Shown in pieces: positions 49,523-59,668 of a stretch of 64,000 nucleotides of DNA. The stretch spans positions 96,001 to 160,000 of the forward strand of contig CAVVXN010000003.1 of assembly GCA_963752285.1 (NCBI GenBank). The letters run 5' to 3'. The notes below the pieces were generated by a model. It was not told the DNA's origin, searched no databases, and saw only the letters and a program-made list of their open reading frames with translations. Origin of the DNA: an uncultured Planctomycetota bacterium. Its GTDB lineage: Bacteria; Planctomycetota; PLA2; JAEUHO01. Position 1 is the stretch's first letter. The number at the start of each line of letters is the position of its first letter. Made by a program: the position numbers and the translations under genes.

Positions 49523-50461
49523 TCAGGCCTCGGGCCCGTGCTTCTGGAGGAACGCGTCGAACGTGGCCCGATCGGCGTAGCCCGCGCGCGCGCCGAGCGA
49601 CGTCGTGGAGTGCGCGGCGTACACGCACGCCTCCGGCACGGCGTCGGAGAGCGGGCGCCCCTCGGAGAGCAGGGCCGCGAGCGCGCCCACGAAGGCGTCG
49701 CCCGCACCCGTCGCGTCCACGGAGCGCACCTCGGGTGACCGCGCGTGCTCGATCCGGCCACGGTCCACGTAGAGCGCGCCCTCGGCCCCGAGCGTGATGA
49801 TCGGGCTCGAGACGCCGAGGTCCCGGATCGCGCGCAGCGCGGCCATCGCGTCGTCGATGCCGCTGATGCCGACCTCCGCGAGGAGCTCCGCCTCGGTCTC
49901 GTTCACGACGAGCAGGTCGAACCCCGCCGCGAGCTCGCGTGCGTCCGAGCGCACGGGCGCGGCGTTGAGGATCGACGTCGCGCCGGTCGCGTTCGCGATC
50001 TCGGCCACCGCGCGCACCGCCTCGGCCGGGACCTCGAGCTGCGTGACGAGCACGCGAGCCGACTCGAGCCGCGGCCGAAACGGCTCGAGGTCCGCGGTGC
50101 GCAGGCGGTCGTTCGCGCCGGGATACACGGCGATCATGTTCTCGCCCTTGCCCTTCGACTCCACGACGACGGCCGCGTGGCCCGTCGCGGCGTCGGGCGT
50201 GACGAGCCACGCGAGCTCCACGCCGTTCGCCTCGAGGTCCCGGCGCGCGGCGCGCCCGGCCTCGTCGTCACCCACGCGCGCCACGAGCAGGGTCGGTGCG
50301 CCGAGCCGGCGCGCGGCCGTGGCCTGGTTCGCCCCCTTGCCTCCGGGGGCGAAGATCGGCGTGCGCGAGATCGCGCTCTCCCCGGGGAGAGGCAGGGCCT
50401 CCACCCGGAAGACGTGGTCTTCGATGACGCTCCCGACGACGGCGACCAGGTTCCCGGGCAT
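49523..50461 (-). CDS. rbsK: Ribokinase (PfkB family)
   Basis: PGGKGANQA.AA.RLG, GENMI...GAN, TQLEVP, LNAAP, NETEA, DATGAGDAFVG. Confidence 0.9.
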   Translation of the reverse strand: MPGNLVAVVGSVIEDHVFRVEALPLPGESAISRTPIFAPGGKGANQATAARRLGAPTLLVARVGDDEAGRAARRDLEANGVELAWLVTPDAATGHAAVVVESKGKGENMIAVYPGANDRLRTADLEPFRPRLESARVLVTQLEVPAEAVRAVAEIANATGATSILNAAPVRSDARELAAGFDLLVVNETEAELLAEVGISGIDDAMAALRAIRDLGVSSPIITLGAEGALYVDRGRIEHARSPEVRSVDATGAGDAFVGALAALLSEGRPLSDAVPEACVYAAHSTTSLGARAGYADRATFDAFLQKHGPEA

Positions 50462-50566
50462 GTGTCCCTCCACCCGCGGAAACCAAGTTACCGGAGCGGG
50501 GGCCGCGCGTCTCGGGCGTAGATCCGTTCCGCCCGTGTTCTCCGGGCCGCCCCGGAGCGGACCGCC

Positions 50567-51805
50567 TCACCGCGGGCGGGCGTGCCGGAGCGCCTCGACC
50601 TCGTCGAGCCACGCGCGCACCCGGTCCGGGAACGGCGCGCCGAAGGCGAGGGCCACGATCTCCGACTCGAGTCGGCCCGTGGACGGGAGCGCCACGGCCG
50701 CGCCGTGACCCGCCGTCGCGATCTCGTCGAAGTGCTCGACCCGCTCCGGCGTGGTCGAGACCGTGTGGACGACCACGGGGTGGTCGTAGAGCGGGTCGTC
50801 CCGCGCCGAGGCGAGGCGTCGCACGAGGCCGGCCACGTCGCCCTCGTGCGGCGGGGCGTCTCCGATCACCACGATCACGCGGTACGCGCGGCGGCTCCAG
50901 CCGAGCGCCTCCTGGCGCAGCGCGAGGTAGATGCCCTGGTCCACGCCCTCCTCGTAGTCGCCGCCGCCCCCGGCCCCGACCCGCGAGAACGCCTTCTCGA
51001 GGGCGCCTCCGTCGGGCGTGAGCTCGATGCGGAGCCGCGCCTGGTCGTCGTACGTGACGAGACCGGCCCGGAATCGGGGAACGAGCCAGGCGAGGCGCGC
51101 CACGAGCGTGGCGGCCCGCCGGGTCGCCTCGCCGATGTACGGCCCCATCGAGCCCGTGCTGTCGATCACGATCACGAGGTCGAGACCGTCCCGGCGGACC
51201 TCGCGCGCGTGCTCGACGAGGTCCGGAGGGGGTGGGGCGGCCGCCGTCCCCGAGCCCGGCGCGGTCCGGGGCGCGTTCTCCCGGGCCGCCCGCCGCGCCG
51301 CGAGCAGCGTTCGCTGCGCCTCGTCGAGCGACGCGCGGCTCTCGAGCCACCACCGCTCCCAGGCGTGCGCGTCGCGCCCGGGCTCCGTCCCCCCGAGCGA
51401 CCGGAGCACCGCGGCCGCGCGGTCCCGGACGAGGGGGTGACGGTGGGAGAGGAGGCGCAGGAGCAGACCCGGAAGCATCGCGCCCCCCTCCGCGACGAGG
51501 TCGGGTCGCGCCCGGCCCTCGAGGCTCCCCAGGAGACATCCGAGGACCGTGTCCTCGCGCTCCGGCGCGAGCGCGCCGGCGAGGAGGTGGACCGCGCCGT
51601 CCTCCGCGTGGTGTCGAAGCTCGAAGGCCGCGAGCGCCCTCAAGACGGGGTCCGGGTCGGCGAGGGCCGACCGGAAGGTCTCGAGCGCCGGGTCCACGTG
51701 GACCGCGCCGGGCGCCGCGCCGTCCGCGCCGCGGGCGTTCGGTCCGAGGAGGGCGAGCGCGAGCGCGGACAAAAGAGCGCCTCGAACGAGGAGGGGGGCG
51801 TGCAT
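50567..51805 (-). CDS. Exported HEAT-repeat + von Willebrand factor A domain protein
   Basis: Signal peptide, HEAT-like helices ending WERWW, DLVIVIDSTGSM MIDAS motif, GGGDYEE, IGDAPPH. Confidence 0.85.
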   Translation of the reverse strand: MHAPLLVRGALLSALALALLGPNARGADGAAPGAVHVDPALETFRSALADPDPVLRALAAFELRHHAEDGAVHLLAGALAPEREDTVLGCLLGSLEGRARPDLVAEGGAMLPGLLLRLLSHRHPLVRDRAAAVLRSLGGTEPGRDAHAWERWWLESRASLDEAQRTLLAARRAARENAPRTAPGSGTAAAPPPPDLVEHAREVRRDGLDLVIVIDSTGSMGPYIGEATRRAATLVARLAWLVPRFRAGLVTYDDQARLRIELTPDGGALEKAFSRVGAGGGGDYEEGVDQGIYLALRQEALGWSRRAYRVIVVIGDAPPHEGDVAGLVRRLASARDDPLYDHPVVVHTVSTTPERVEHFDEIATAGHGAAVALPSTGRLESEIVALAFGAPFPDRVRAWLDEVEALRHARPR

Positions 51806-51818
51806 GCGGAGAACGATG

Positions 51819-52478
51819 TCAACGCGGAGGGGACGAGATCCGCAGCACGATCCGTACGACCTCCACGTGGTCCCCGGGCCCGGCGTCTTCGACGTGTGCG
51901 GTGAGCCGCCCGCCGACGCGTCCGACCTGGCGGCGGTCCCTCGGCGCGTCGAAGACGGCGACGGCACCGAGCTCGACGTCGCCCGAGGCGGGAAGCGCCT
52001 CCCCCTCGCGCGGGGGGGAGGCCGTGCGAACCTCGCCGCCGCCGAGGCCGGGTCTCGTCCAGACCACCGGGACCCAGGTGTCGTACGACTCGTGCTCGAA
52101 CGCGCCGTCGACCCGCACCGGGTGGGGCTCGGTTCGACCGGCGGCCTCGGCGTCCTGCGGCGGGACGCGCGTTGCGGAGCGCTCGGGCTCGACGGCGCGG
52201 ATCGCCCATTCGAGCGGAAGCACCGCGCCGGCGTGCACGGTCCGCTCGGCGAGCACGTGGGGGTCCTCGCCCTCCTCCAGGGCGACGAGCTCGAAGCGCG
52301 CGGCGGCGGGGACCTCGACGATGGCCGCGATCGCGTGGGGGAGGCCGGTCGCCTTCGTCAGGCGCCAGGTGGGCGACTGCGGGGGCGGCGCCGGGGCCTC
52401 TGTCCGCCCGTCCGGCCCGCCGCATCCGGCCGCCACGAGCGCGACGACGAGGGCGGCGAGGAACGGAGGTCTCGGCAT
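51819..52478 (-). CDS. Hypothetical lipoprotein
   Basis: MPRPPFLAALVVALVAAGC lipobox; GGAG SD. Confidence 0.65.
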   Translation of the reverse strand: MPRPPFLAALVVALVAAGCGGPDGRTEAPAPPPQSPTWRLTKATGLPHAIAAIVEVPAAARFELVALEEGEDPHVLAERTVHAGAVLPLEWAIRAVEPERSATRVPPQDAEAAGRTEPHPVRVDGAFEHESYDTWVPVVWTRPGLGGGEVRTASPPREGEALPASGDVELGAVAVFDAPRDRRQVGRVGGRLTAHVEDAGPGDHVEVVRIVLRISSPPR

Positions 52479-52552
52479 GACCACACTCCAGCATCTCCGC
52501 GAGGGGCACCCCACAAGGGGCCGCCCGGTCCCGCGGGTAGCATCCCGGCGAC

Positions 52553-54643
52553 ATGACCTCGACGCCCCGCCGGCCCTTCCTCCTCGCCCTGCTCGTCCTG
52601 ACGCTGGCCCTGCCGATCCTGGGCGCGCCCGCGCGCGCCGAGTCCGGCGAGGAGACGCCGCTCCGGACCGAGCGCTGGTACGAGATCCTCCTCCGGGGCC
52701 AGAAGCTCGGCCACCAGAAGGTGGTGTGGGCCCCCTCCACCTGGGAGGGCAAGAAGACGGTCCACGACACGACGGTGGTCACCGAGACGAGCGTCCGCGA
52801 CATGCTCGGCACCAAGGACGTGTTCGAGGTGGTGACGACCATCGACCTCGAACGGGGCGACGACGGCACGCTCTGGTGGATGAAGACGGCGGTCGAGGAG
52901 GCGGACCGCACCGTCGTCACGGAGTGGACCTGGACCGGCAAGGGCTATCTGTGGGTCTCGCGGTTCAAGACGGAGGAACGGATCGAGGTGCCGGCGGACG
53001 CCCCGGTGCCCGCGGACGCGGAGGCGTTCCTCGGCGCGCGCGTCCGCGCGGGCGCGGTCCACGTCGGCGACCGCTTCGCGCTCCCCGTCCTCGACGTGAC
53101 GGCGCGCAAGGTCGCGACGGACCGGCTCGAGGTCGTCGGGCGGGAGGACGTCCTCGACCCGAGCCGGGGGGAGGCGGCGAGGGTCGGCGCGTTCGTCGTG
53201 AAGCAGACCGACCCGGAGAGCGGCGAGGTCTCCCGCATCTGGATCGACGACGAGGGCGCGTTCGTCCGCATCGTCAGCGACCGCGGACAGGTGTGGCAGC
53301 GCGTCGCGCGGGACGCGGCGGAGCGACGCGCGGTCCAGCCCGCCGAGTCGCCCATCACGACCCCCTCCAAGCCGCAGCTCGAGCGCGTCATGAGCGCCGA
53401 TCGCCTGTGGCTCGACGTCCACGTTCAGAGCGACCCCGACCGCGCGCGTCCCGAGCTCCCCGACTCCCCGTGGAGCCGGGTGGCGGGTTTGGAGGGGAGC
53501 GACGAGGCCGGGTGGGTCTACCACCTCGTGCTCTCGCGCTACGACGACCCCTCCGCCGACACGACCCTTCCGATCGCGCCCGAGGGCTTCGAGCGAGACC
53601 TCGAGGCGACGGTCCTGATGCAGACGGAGGACCCGCGCGTCGTGAAGCTCGCTCGCTCGATCGTCGGCACCGAGAAGAGCGCCCGGCGGGCGTCCTACCT
53701 CCTCGCGCGCTACGTGTTCGAGCACCTGGAGAAGGAGAGCACGGCGGTCGGTCAGGCGAGCGCGCTCGAGATCCTCGATTGCGGTCAGGGCGACTGCTCG
53801 GAGCACGCGTTGCTCTTCGTCACGCTCTGCCGCGCCGTCGGCATCCCGGCGCGCATCTGCAGCGGATACGTCTGCGTCGGCTCGGACTGGGGCGCGCACT
53901 CGTGGGCGGAGATCTGGGTGGGGCGCTGGATCTCGTCGGACCCGACGACCGGCGAGATCGGCGGCGCCGCGCGGTACGTGTTCTTCGGGTACCCCGACCG
54001 CCCCGACAGCCATCCCGGCCTCGTGTCGGCCCGCGCGACGGGTCGGATGCGGATCGTGGCCACGCGGATCCAGGAGGGGGAGCAGACCTTCGACCTCACG
54101 GACCCCGCGGGGTGGCAGGTCCACGACCTGGAGCACCACAGGTTCGTGAACGTGCTCGCGGGCATCGAGGTCCGTGACGCGCCCGACGACTGGGTCGTGC
54201 GCATGGTCTCTCCCGACGGCTGCTACCTGCGCGCTCCGGGTCTCCGCGTCGAGGTCCGCGCGAGCGCGGACCAGGGCTACACGCTCGCCAGGCTGGGCGG
54301 CGCCAGCGGGACCTTCGCCGGGGCGCCGGCGAGGATCCTCCGATACGGGGACCAGCCGGTCCGCGTCCTCGTGCAGAGCCGGCGCCGCATCCTCACGTTC
54401 CTGATCGAGGCGGACGACATCGACGGTTCCATCGCCGCGCTCGAACGCGCGTTCGCCCCGACCTTCGCCGCGCGCCCGACCGCGTTCGTGCCGCCCGAGA
54501 AGCGCGAGCCCGAGCCGGTCGCGAAGGACCGCGCGCCGAAGGAGGCGCCCGACGGCGTTCGTCCCGGGAAGGACGACAAGGACGCGAAGGACGCGAAGGA
54601 CGCGAAGGACGACGCGCCGCCCCCGGCGCGCGGCGAGCGCTAA
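52553..54643 (+). CDS. Exported transglutaminase-like domain protein
   Basis: Signal peptide; GDCSEHALL....RAVGIPAR, HSWAEIW, SDPT catalytic triad; KDAKDAKDAKD tail. Confidence 0.9.
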   Translation: MTSTPRRPFLLALLVLTLALPILGAPARAESGEETPLRTERWYEILLRGQKLGHQKVVWAPSTWEGKKTVHDTTVVTETSVRDMLGTKDVFEVVTTIDLERGDDGTLWWMKTAVEEADRTVVTEWTWTGKGYLWVSRFKTEERIEVPADAPVPADAEAFLGARVRAGAVHVGDRFALPVLDVTARKVATDRLEVVGREDVLDPSRGEAARVGAFVVKQTDPESGEVSRIWIDDEGAFVRIVSDRGQVWQRVARDAAERRAVQPAESPITTPSKPQLERVMSADRLWLDVHVQSDPDRARPELPDSPWSRVAGLEGSDEAGWVYHLVLSRYDDPSADTTLPIAPEGFERDLEATVLMQTEDPRVVKLARSIVGTEKSARRASYLLARYVFEHLEKESTAVGQASALEILDCGQGDCSEHALLFVTLCRAVGIPARICSGYVCVGSDWGAHSWAEIWVGRWISSDPTTGEIGGAARYVFFGYPDRPDSHPGLVSARATGRMRIVATRIQEGEQTFDLTDPAGWQVHDLEHHRFVNVLAGIEVRDAPDDWVVRMVSPDGCYLRAPGLRVEVRASADQGYTLARLGGASGTFAGAPARILRYGDQPVRVLVQSRRRILTFLIEADDIDGSIAALERAFAPTFAARPTAFVPPEKREPEPVAKDRAPKEAPDGVRPGKDDKDAKDAKDAKDDAPPPARGER

Positions 54644-54717
54644 GGCCCGCCGCGGACCCGGGACCGTCGCTCGTCCGCGCGCCGCCGGGCGCGTCGGGTC
54701 CGGGTACCGTACGCGCC

Positions 54718-55671
54718 ATGAAGTACCGGGCGCTCGGTCGATCGGGCCTGAAGGTGAGCCGGGTGGTGCTCGGGTCCTGGCTCACCTTCGGCTCGTCCGT
54801 CGATCGCAGGACGACCGTCTCCACGGTCCGCGCGGCGCTCGACCGGGGCATCCAGACGTTCGACACCGCGGACGTCTACGCGCGCGGCGAGGCGGAGCGC
54901 GTGTTGGGCGAGGCGCTGCGCGGCGTGGACCGGACCTCGATCGTGCTCGCCAGCAAGTGCTTCTGGCCGATGGGATCGGGGCCGAACGACCGCGGCCTCT
55001 CGCGGAAGCACGTGACGGAGTCGGTCGAGGCGAGCCTCCAGCGCCTCGGGACCGACTACCTCGACCTCTACCAGTGCCACCGCTACGACACGGAGACGCC
55101 GCTCGAGGAGACCGTTCGGGCGTTCGAGGACCTGGTGCGACACGGGAAGGTCCTCTACTGGGGCGTCTCGGTCTGGTCCGGTGGGCAGATCGAGGAGGCG
55201 ATTCGTCTCGCGCGCGACGCGAACGGGTACGGGCCGGTCTCGAACCAGCCCCCCTACAACCTGCTCGAGCGTGACATCGAGGAGGAGGTGCTGCCCGTCT
55301 GCCGCCGGCTCGGCGTCGGCCAGATCGTCTTCTCCCCGCTCGCGCAGGGCGTGCTCACGGGCAAGTACGAGGGCGGCGTGCGCCCGGAGGGAAGCCGGGC
55401 CGCGGACCCGGAGCGCGGCGTGTTCATGAAGCGGTACCTCGCGCCCGAGGCGGCCGCGCGCGTCGCGCGGTTCGTGGCGCTGGCCGAGGAGGCGGGCGTC
55501 ACGCCGGCGCGGCTCGCGCTCGCATCGCTGCTCGCCCGACCCGGGATCGACGCGGTGATCGTCGGCGCGACGAATCCCGACCACGTCGAGGAGAACGCGG
55601 CCGCGGTGGACGTCGTGATCGACGGTGACCTCGCCCGCCGACTGGACGAGATCTTCCCGCCCGGTCGATGA
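54718..55671 (+). CDS. Aldo/keto reductase (Kv-beta-like)
   Basis: LGRSGLKVS...LGSWLTFG, FDTADVY, GLSRKH, DLYQCHR, NQPPYN, FSPLAQGVLTGKY. Confidence 0.95.
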   Translation: MKYRALGRSGLKVSRVVLGSWLTFGSSVDRRTTVSTVRAALDRGIQTFDTADVYARGEAERVLGEALRGVDRTSIVLASKCFWPMGSGPNDRGLSRKHVTESVEASLQRLGTDYLDLYQCHRYDTETPLEETVRAFEDLVRHGKVLYWGVSVWSGGQIEEAIRLARDANGYGPVSNQPPYNLLERDIEEEVLPVCRRLGVGQIVFSPLAQGVLTGKYEGGVRPEGSRAADPERGVFMKRYLAPEAAARVARFVALAEEAGVTPARLALASLLARPGIDAVIVGATNPDHVEENAAAVDVVIDGDLARRLDEIFPPGR

Positions 55672-55755
55672 GCCCGGGCGGGGCCGCGCGGGGCGCGACG
55701 GTCCACGGACCGACCGCGCCCGGGAGGCGCGTCCCGTTGGCGGCGCCTCGCGCCG

Positions 55756-56520
55756 CTACAGGCGCGCGGTCTCGTCGGGGACGATCGTCGGGAGCGCGCC
55801 GCGGGACTCGTCGATGAGGAAGTCCGCGGCGACGCGCGGACCGTACCGGTTCTCGATCACCTCGGCGTGCGACCGGCCCGGCGCGTCGGCCGGCTCGATC
55901 CAGCCCGCGCGGTCGCAGTGACGTGCGACCTCGCCCGGGCGCGCGTCGGCTTCGAGGCAGGCGACGATCGCCAGGTGGAGGCGCGAGGCGAGCAGCGAGA
56001 GCGTCCGGACGAGCGATCCGAGCTCTTCGCCGTCCGGCCGGATCACCGCCTGAAGGAGGTCGATCGCGAGGACCTCGGCGCGGAAGGGCATGCGGACCAG
56101 GCGGTCCTCCAGCGACGCGGCCGAGAAGCCACGCGCCTCGACGACCCAGAACGGCAGCGTCGAGAGCGCGTGGCCCGCGCGGGCCACCCGCTTCGCGGCG
56201 TCGGGGTCCGTCGGGCCGCTCGTGATCTCGCGCGCCGGGACGCCCGCCGCCATCGCGAGCAGGCGGACGGCGACCGTCTCCGCGGGCAGGTGGTAGCTCG
56301 CGTAGAGCACGCGCCGACCTCCCGTCGCCGCCCCGTGGAGGAGCGAGAGGAGGAAGGCCGACTTGCCGGCGCCGCGCGGGCCCCCCCAGAGGTGGAGGTG
56401 CCCCGCGGGCAGGTCGGCGCCGAGGTCGTGGAGCAGACGTCGATCGGGCGGGGCGTCGGTGACCCCGTCCCCGGCATCCGGGAGACCGAGACCGGCCAGC
56501 AGATCGCCGAGTCGTTTCAT
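55756..56520 (-). CDS. Degenerate stand-alone DnaB-like helicase C-terminal domain protein
   Basis: Walker A GPRGAGKS, LYASYHLPAETVAVRLL, LAIDLLQ, LVRTLSLLASRLHLAIV, ENRYGP align by eye to DnaB motifs H1-H4. Confidence 0.7.
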   Translation of the reverse strand: MKRLGDLLAGLGLPDAGDGVTDAPPDRRLLHDLGADLPAGHLHLWGGPRGAGKSAFLLSLLHGAATGGRRVLYASYHLPAETVAVRLLAMAAGVPAREITSGPTDPDAAKRVARAGHALSTLPFWVVEARGFSAASLEDRLVRMPFRAEVLAIDLLQAVIRPDGEELGSLVRTLSLLASRLHLAIVACLEADARPGEVARHCDRAGWIEPADAPGRSHAEVIENRYGPRVAADFLIDESRGALPTIVPDETARL

Positions 56521-56723
56521 GACCCGGATCCTCCCGCCCGGGGGGGACATCGGTCCGGGCGCGCCGCGGCGGGCTCGCACGGAGAACGGCCCCTCGATCG
56601 CCACGCAGGTCGCGAGCGTGGTGGTAGCCTGACCGCGACAAATGGCCGGGGAGGGCCTCCCGTGGGGCTTCGAGGACCGCGAGGGGTCCCGGCGCCGCGT
56701 CCCCACGCACGAGGGAACGTCGT

Positions 56724-57419
56724 ATGACCGAACGCCCGAAGATCGCCGTCATCGAAGACGACGCGCACGTGCGCGATCTGCTCTCGGTGGTCCTCTCCGA
56801 CGCGGGGATGGAGCCCCGAGGCGCCGGGGACGGGACCGTGGGGCTCGATCTCGTCCGGGGCTGGGAGCCGGACCTGGTCCTGCTCGACTACGGTCTCCCG
56901 AAGGGACCGACCGGCCTCGACGTCTGCCGAGAGCTACGCCGCCAGCCGGAGACGGCGAACCTGCCGATCATCGTGCTGACCGCGCAGCTGAACGACCAGC
57001 TCGAGGAGTCGTTCTTCGAGGCGGGCGCGGACGACTACATCCGGAAGCCGAACTTCAAGGCGAGCCTCCTGATCTCTCGGATCACCGCGGTGCTGCGCCG
57101 CACGCGTCCCGCAGGCGCGGACGTGGTGCAGACCGAGCACCTCGTGATCCACCCGGGGCGGCGCGAGGCGCTCGTGGACGGCGAGCCCGTGAACCTGACG
57201 CCCACGGAGTTCGACATCCTCTACAAGCTCGCCACGAACCGCGACCGCGCGCTGTCGCGCCGCGAGCTCCTGGACCGCGGCGGCGCCGACGGCGAGGGCG
57301 TGGACCGCACCGTGGACGTCCACGTGCTCTCCATCCGCAGGAAGCTCGGCAAGCACGCCTGGCTCGTGTCCACCGTCTGGGGCGTGGGCTATCGGCTGGG
57401 GACCGCGCCGGGCGTCTGA
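56724..57419 (+). CDS. OmpR/PhoB-family two-component response regulator (no adjacent kinase)
   Basis: IEDD, LLDYGLP (phospho-Asp), GADDYIRKP, LTPTEFDIL, RTVDVHV..IRRKL, TVWGVGY. Confidence 0.95.
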   Translation: MTERPKIAVIEDDAHVRDLLSVVLSDAGMEPRGAGDGTVGLDLVRGWEPDLVLLDYGLPKGPTGLDVCRELRRQPETANLPIIVLTAQLNDQLEESFFEAGADDYIRKPNFKASLLISRITAVLRRTRPAGADVVQTEHLVIHPGRREALVDGEPVNLTPTEFDILYKLATNRDRALSRRELLDRGGADGEGVDRTVDVHVLSIRRKLGKHAWLVSTVWGVGYRLGTAPGV

Positions 57420-57887
57420 GAGCCCGTGAAGGAATCGAGTCCGGGGCTTCGGCCGGCTGCGGCGCCGCGATGCGGCGTCGCGCGTCGTCAGCGACCCACG
57501 GCGGGGTCGCCTCTTCCTCGTGCCTTGCCTCGCGCCCCCTCGCTCGGCCTCGGGCCCTCGGCGCCTTCCTTCACAGGCCCCAAGCCGCGCGTGTGGCCCG
57601 TCTCGCGCCGCGCGGCGCCTTCCCGAGGCGATCCCGATGCCTCCCCGGTGCCTCCCCGGGCGCCTTCGCGACGCGCTCGCGACGCGCTCGCGGGCGGCGC
57701 GAGCGCCCCTCGGGCGTCCGTGCTCCGCCGGTGAAAGGCCGTTTTTCGCCCCGCAGCGGCCTCCGGGCGGCCTTCGAGCCCCTTCTCCCGCAGCCGCGCC
57801 GAGCCACCGGGCCGGGGGGCCGCCGGGGGGGGATCGACACCCGCCGCGGGGTCGCGCTCGCTCGCGAGCCGTTCCGGGGGCCCTCCG

Positions 57888-57905
57888 ATGACAGGCGGAT
57901 GACCG
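57888..57905. promoter_or_regulatory. Pho-box-like 11-bp-period direct repeat upstream of porin 1
   Basis: ATGACAG-gcgg-ATGACCG; the reverse strand reads CGGTCAT-N4-CTGTCAT. Confidence 0.5.
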
Positions 57906-58096
57906 CCTACTACCTAACTTCTTACGAAAATCCTCTCCGGGGACGCCCTTCATCTCTGGAGGCGGGGGGGGCGCCCTCCGATCCTTCCTCTCGTACCCGC
58001 GGTGCCGAGGGCCCCGTGGGGTCCCGGCGGGGTTGGCGCTCCATCCGAGGACAGGCAGGAGACGCCGGGACGCAACACAGGGAGGCAAGGAACACG

Positions 58097-59521
58097 ATGA
58101 AGCGCATCGCACTGGTGGCGGTTGCGGTCGGGCTGATGGCCTGGGCCGCGGCCCCTGCGCTGGCCGACAGCCAGCCGACGACCGCCGACATCGACACGGC
58201 GGTTTCGAACTATCTCGCGTCGGCCCAGAGCGACGCGAGCCTCGTCGGTGGCACGGGCAGCGCCGGGTACGACTCCGGTTTCTGGATCCGTGGCGGGGAC
58301 TTCACGCTCAGGATCAACCTGACGCTGCAGGCCCGCTACGAGATCTTCAAGTTCGACAAGGACGAGCAGCTCGGCTTCCGCGGCACGACCGCGAATCAGC
58401 GGATCGGGGCGGGCCTGCCCGGCGGCGGCGACCTGTCGGGCTTCTCACTGCCGCGTTCGATCCTGAAGTTCAGCGGCACGGCTCCGTGCAACGTCCGCTA
58501 CTACGTCGAGATGGACTTCGGCCATCACGGCGGCTCGCTCTACGGGCTGCCGTGGACGTACGCGGGCTACCTCGCGCAGTTCAACGGCGCGATGTGGCTG
58601 AACAACTGGTACCAGTACTCGAACACGCGTGAGGCGTGGATCGAGTGGGGGATGAGCGACCTGCTCAACGTCCGGATGGGTCAGATCATGATCCCGAGCA
58701 CCCGTCAGCTGATGACGGCTCCGGAGCTGCAGCAGTTCGTGGACATCTCGATGGCGTCGTCTCTGACGGGCCAGCTGCAGCCGGGCTACACGGATCGCAA
58801 CCGCGACATGGGCGTGATGGTCCATGGGACGTTCGGCTGCTCGAACGACTGGCAGTACATGCTGGCGGTCACGAACGGGGACGGCGGGGACTCGATCCGC
58901 AACGTGCTCAACCCCCTGACCAACGACAACTTCATGTACAGCGGTCGTCTGAACTGGGCGTTCCTGGAGCCGATCGGCTACACGGAAGGCGCGACCCGGT
59001 TCAAGAGCTGCACGTGGTACGGCGAGGCCGGCGTGTGGGGCAGCTACTACGCGCAGCGCGTGGACCACCCGCACACGAAGATCGGCAACCGCCTGATGTT
59101 CGGCGGCGACGTGGCGTTGGGCTACGGCGGCTTCTCGTTCACGGGAGCCTTCACGTACTACAAGTTCAACAAGAGCGACGTGGGGATCCTGGACGAGGAC
59201 TGGTACCTGATCCTGGTGCAGGCGGGGTACCTCTTCCCGGACACGCCGTGGGAGATCGCGGCTCGTTGGAGCTACTACAACCGCAAGATCGCGGCGGCGG
59301 GCGGCGACCTCAAGCCGACCACGAGCGAGATCTCGGGTGCGATCAACTACTACCTGAACGGCCACGGCAACAAGCTGACGCTGGACTTCACGTACATCTC
59401 CGCGAAGGCCGACGGCGCGGCGGGTGGCGGCTGGTTCGACGTGTACCCGGGCGTGCCGCTCGGTTACGACTCGGATGCCAACCACTACCTCATCCGCTTC
59501 CAGTGGCAGCTCGCTCTCTGA
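58097..59521 (+). CDS. Outer-membrane porin, phosphate-selective porin O/P-like (copy 1)
   Basis: Signal peptide, AGYDSGFWI, LQARY, amphipathic aromatic beta strands, RMGQ, RDMGV, INYYLNGHGNKLTLD, C-terminal RFQWQLAL. Confidence 0.85.
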   Translation: MKRIALVAVAVGLMAWAAAPALADSQPTTADIDTAVSNYLASAQSDASLVGGTGSAGYDSGFWIRGGDFTLRINLTLQARYEIFKFDKDEQLGFRGTTANQRIGAGLPGGGDLSGFSLPRSILKFSGTAPCNVRYYVEMDFGHHGGSLYGLPWTYAGYLAQFNGAMWLNNWYQYSNTREAWIEWGMSDLLNVRMGQIMIPSTRQLMTAPELQQFVDISMASSLTGQLQPGYTDRNRDMGVMVHGTFGCSNDWQYMLAVTNGDGGDSIRNVLNPLTNDNFMYSGRLNWAFLEPIGYTEGATRFKSCTWYGEAGVWGSYYAQRVDHPHTKIGNRLMFGGDVALGYGGFSFTGAFTYYKFNKSDVGILDEDWYLILVQAGYLFPDTPWEIAARWSYYNRKIAAAGGDLKPTTSEISGAINYYLNGHGNKLTLDFTYISAKADGAAGGGWFDVYPGVPLGYDSDANHYLIRFQWQLAL

Positions 59522-59544
59522 CCACCCCCCACGGCCGCGAACGT

Positions 59545-59646
59545 TCGGCGCTCTGAGAGGCCAGTTCGCGGCCCTTCCTCCTCCTTGCGTGCATTCGCAC
59601 GCGGCGTCGTCGTCATGGCCACTCCTTTGGCCTCTCAGAACGCCGA
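59545..59646. repeat. Structured dispersed repeat ('leader'), copy 3 of 4
   Basis: Same core and stem as copy 1, with one C/A apposition in the stem (G-U on the minus strand). Confidence 0.92.
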
Positions 59647-59668
59647 CCGCATGCGCACGCGGGGGGGC

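Noticed and set aside
54568..54612. AAGGACGCG short tandem repeat as a phase-variation tract
   Set aside because: A 9-nt in-frame unit encoding a KDA low-complexity tail; copy changes would not shift the frame.
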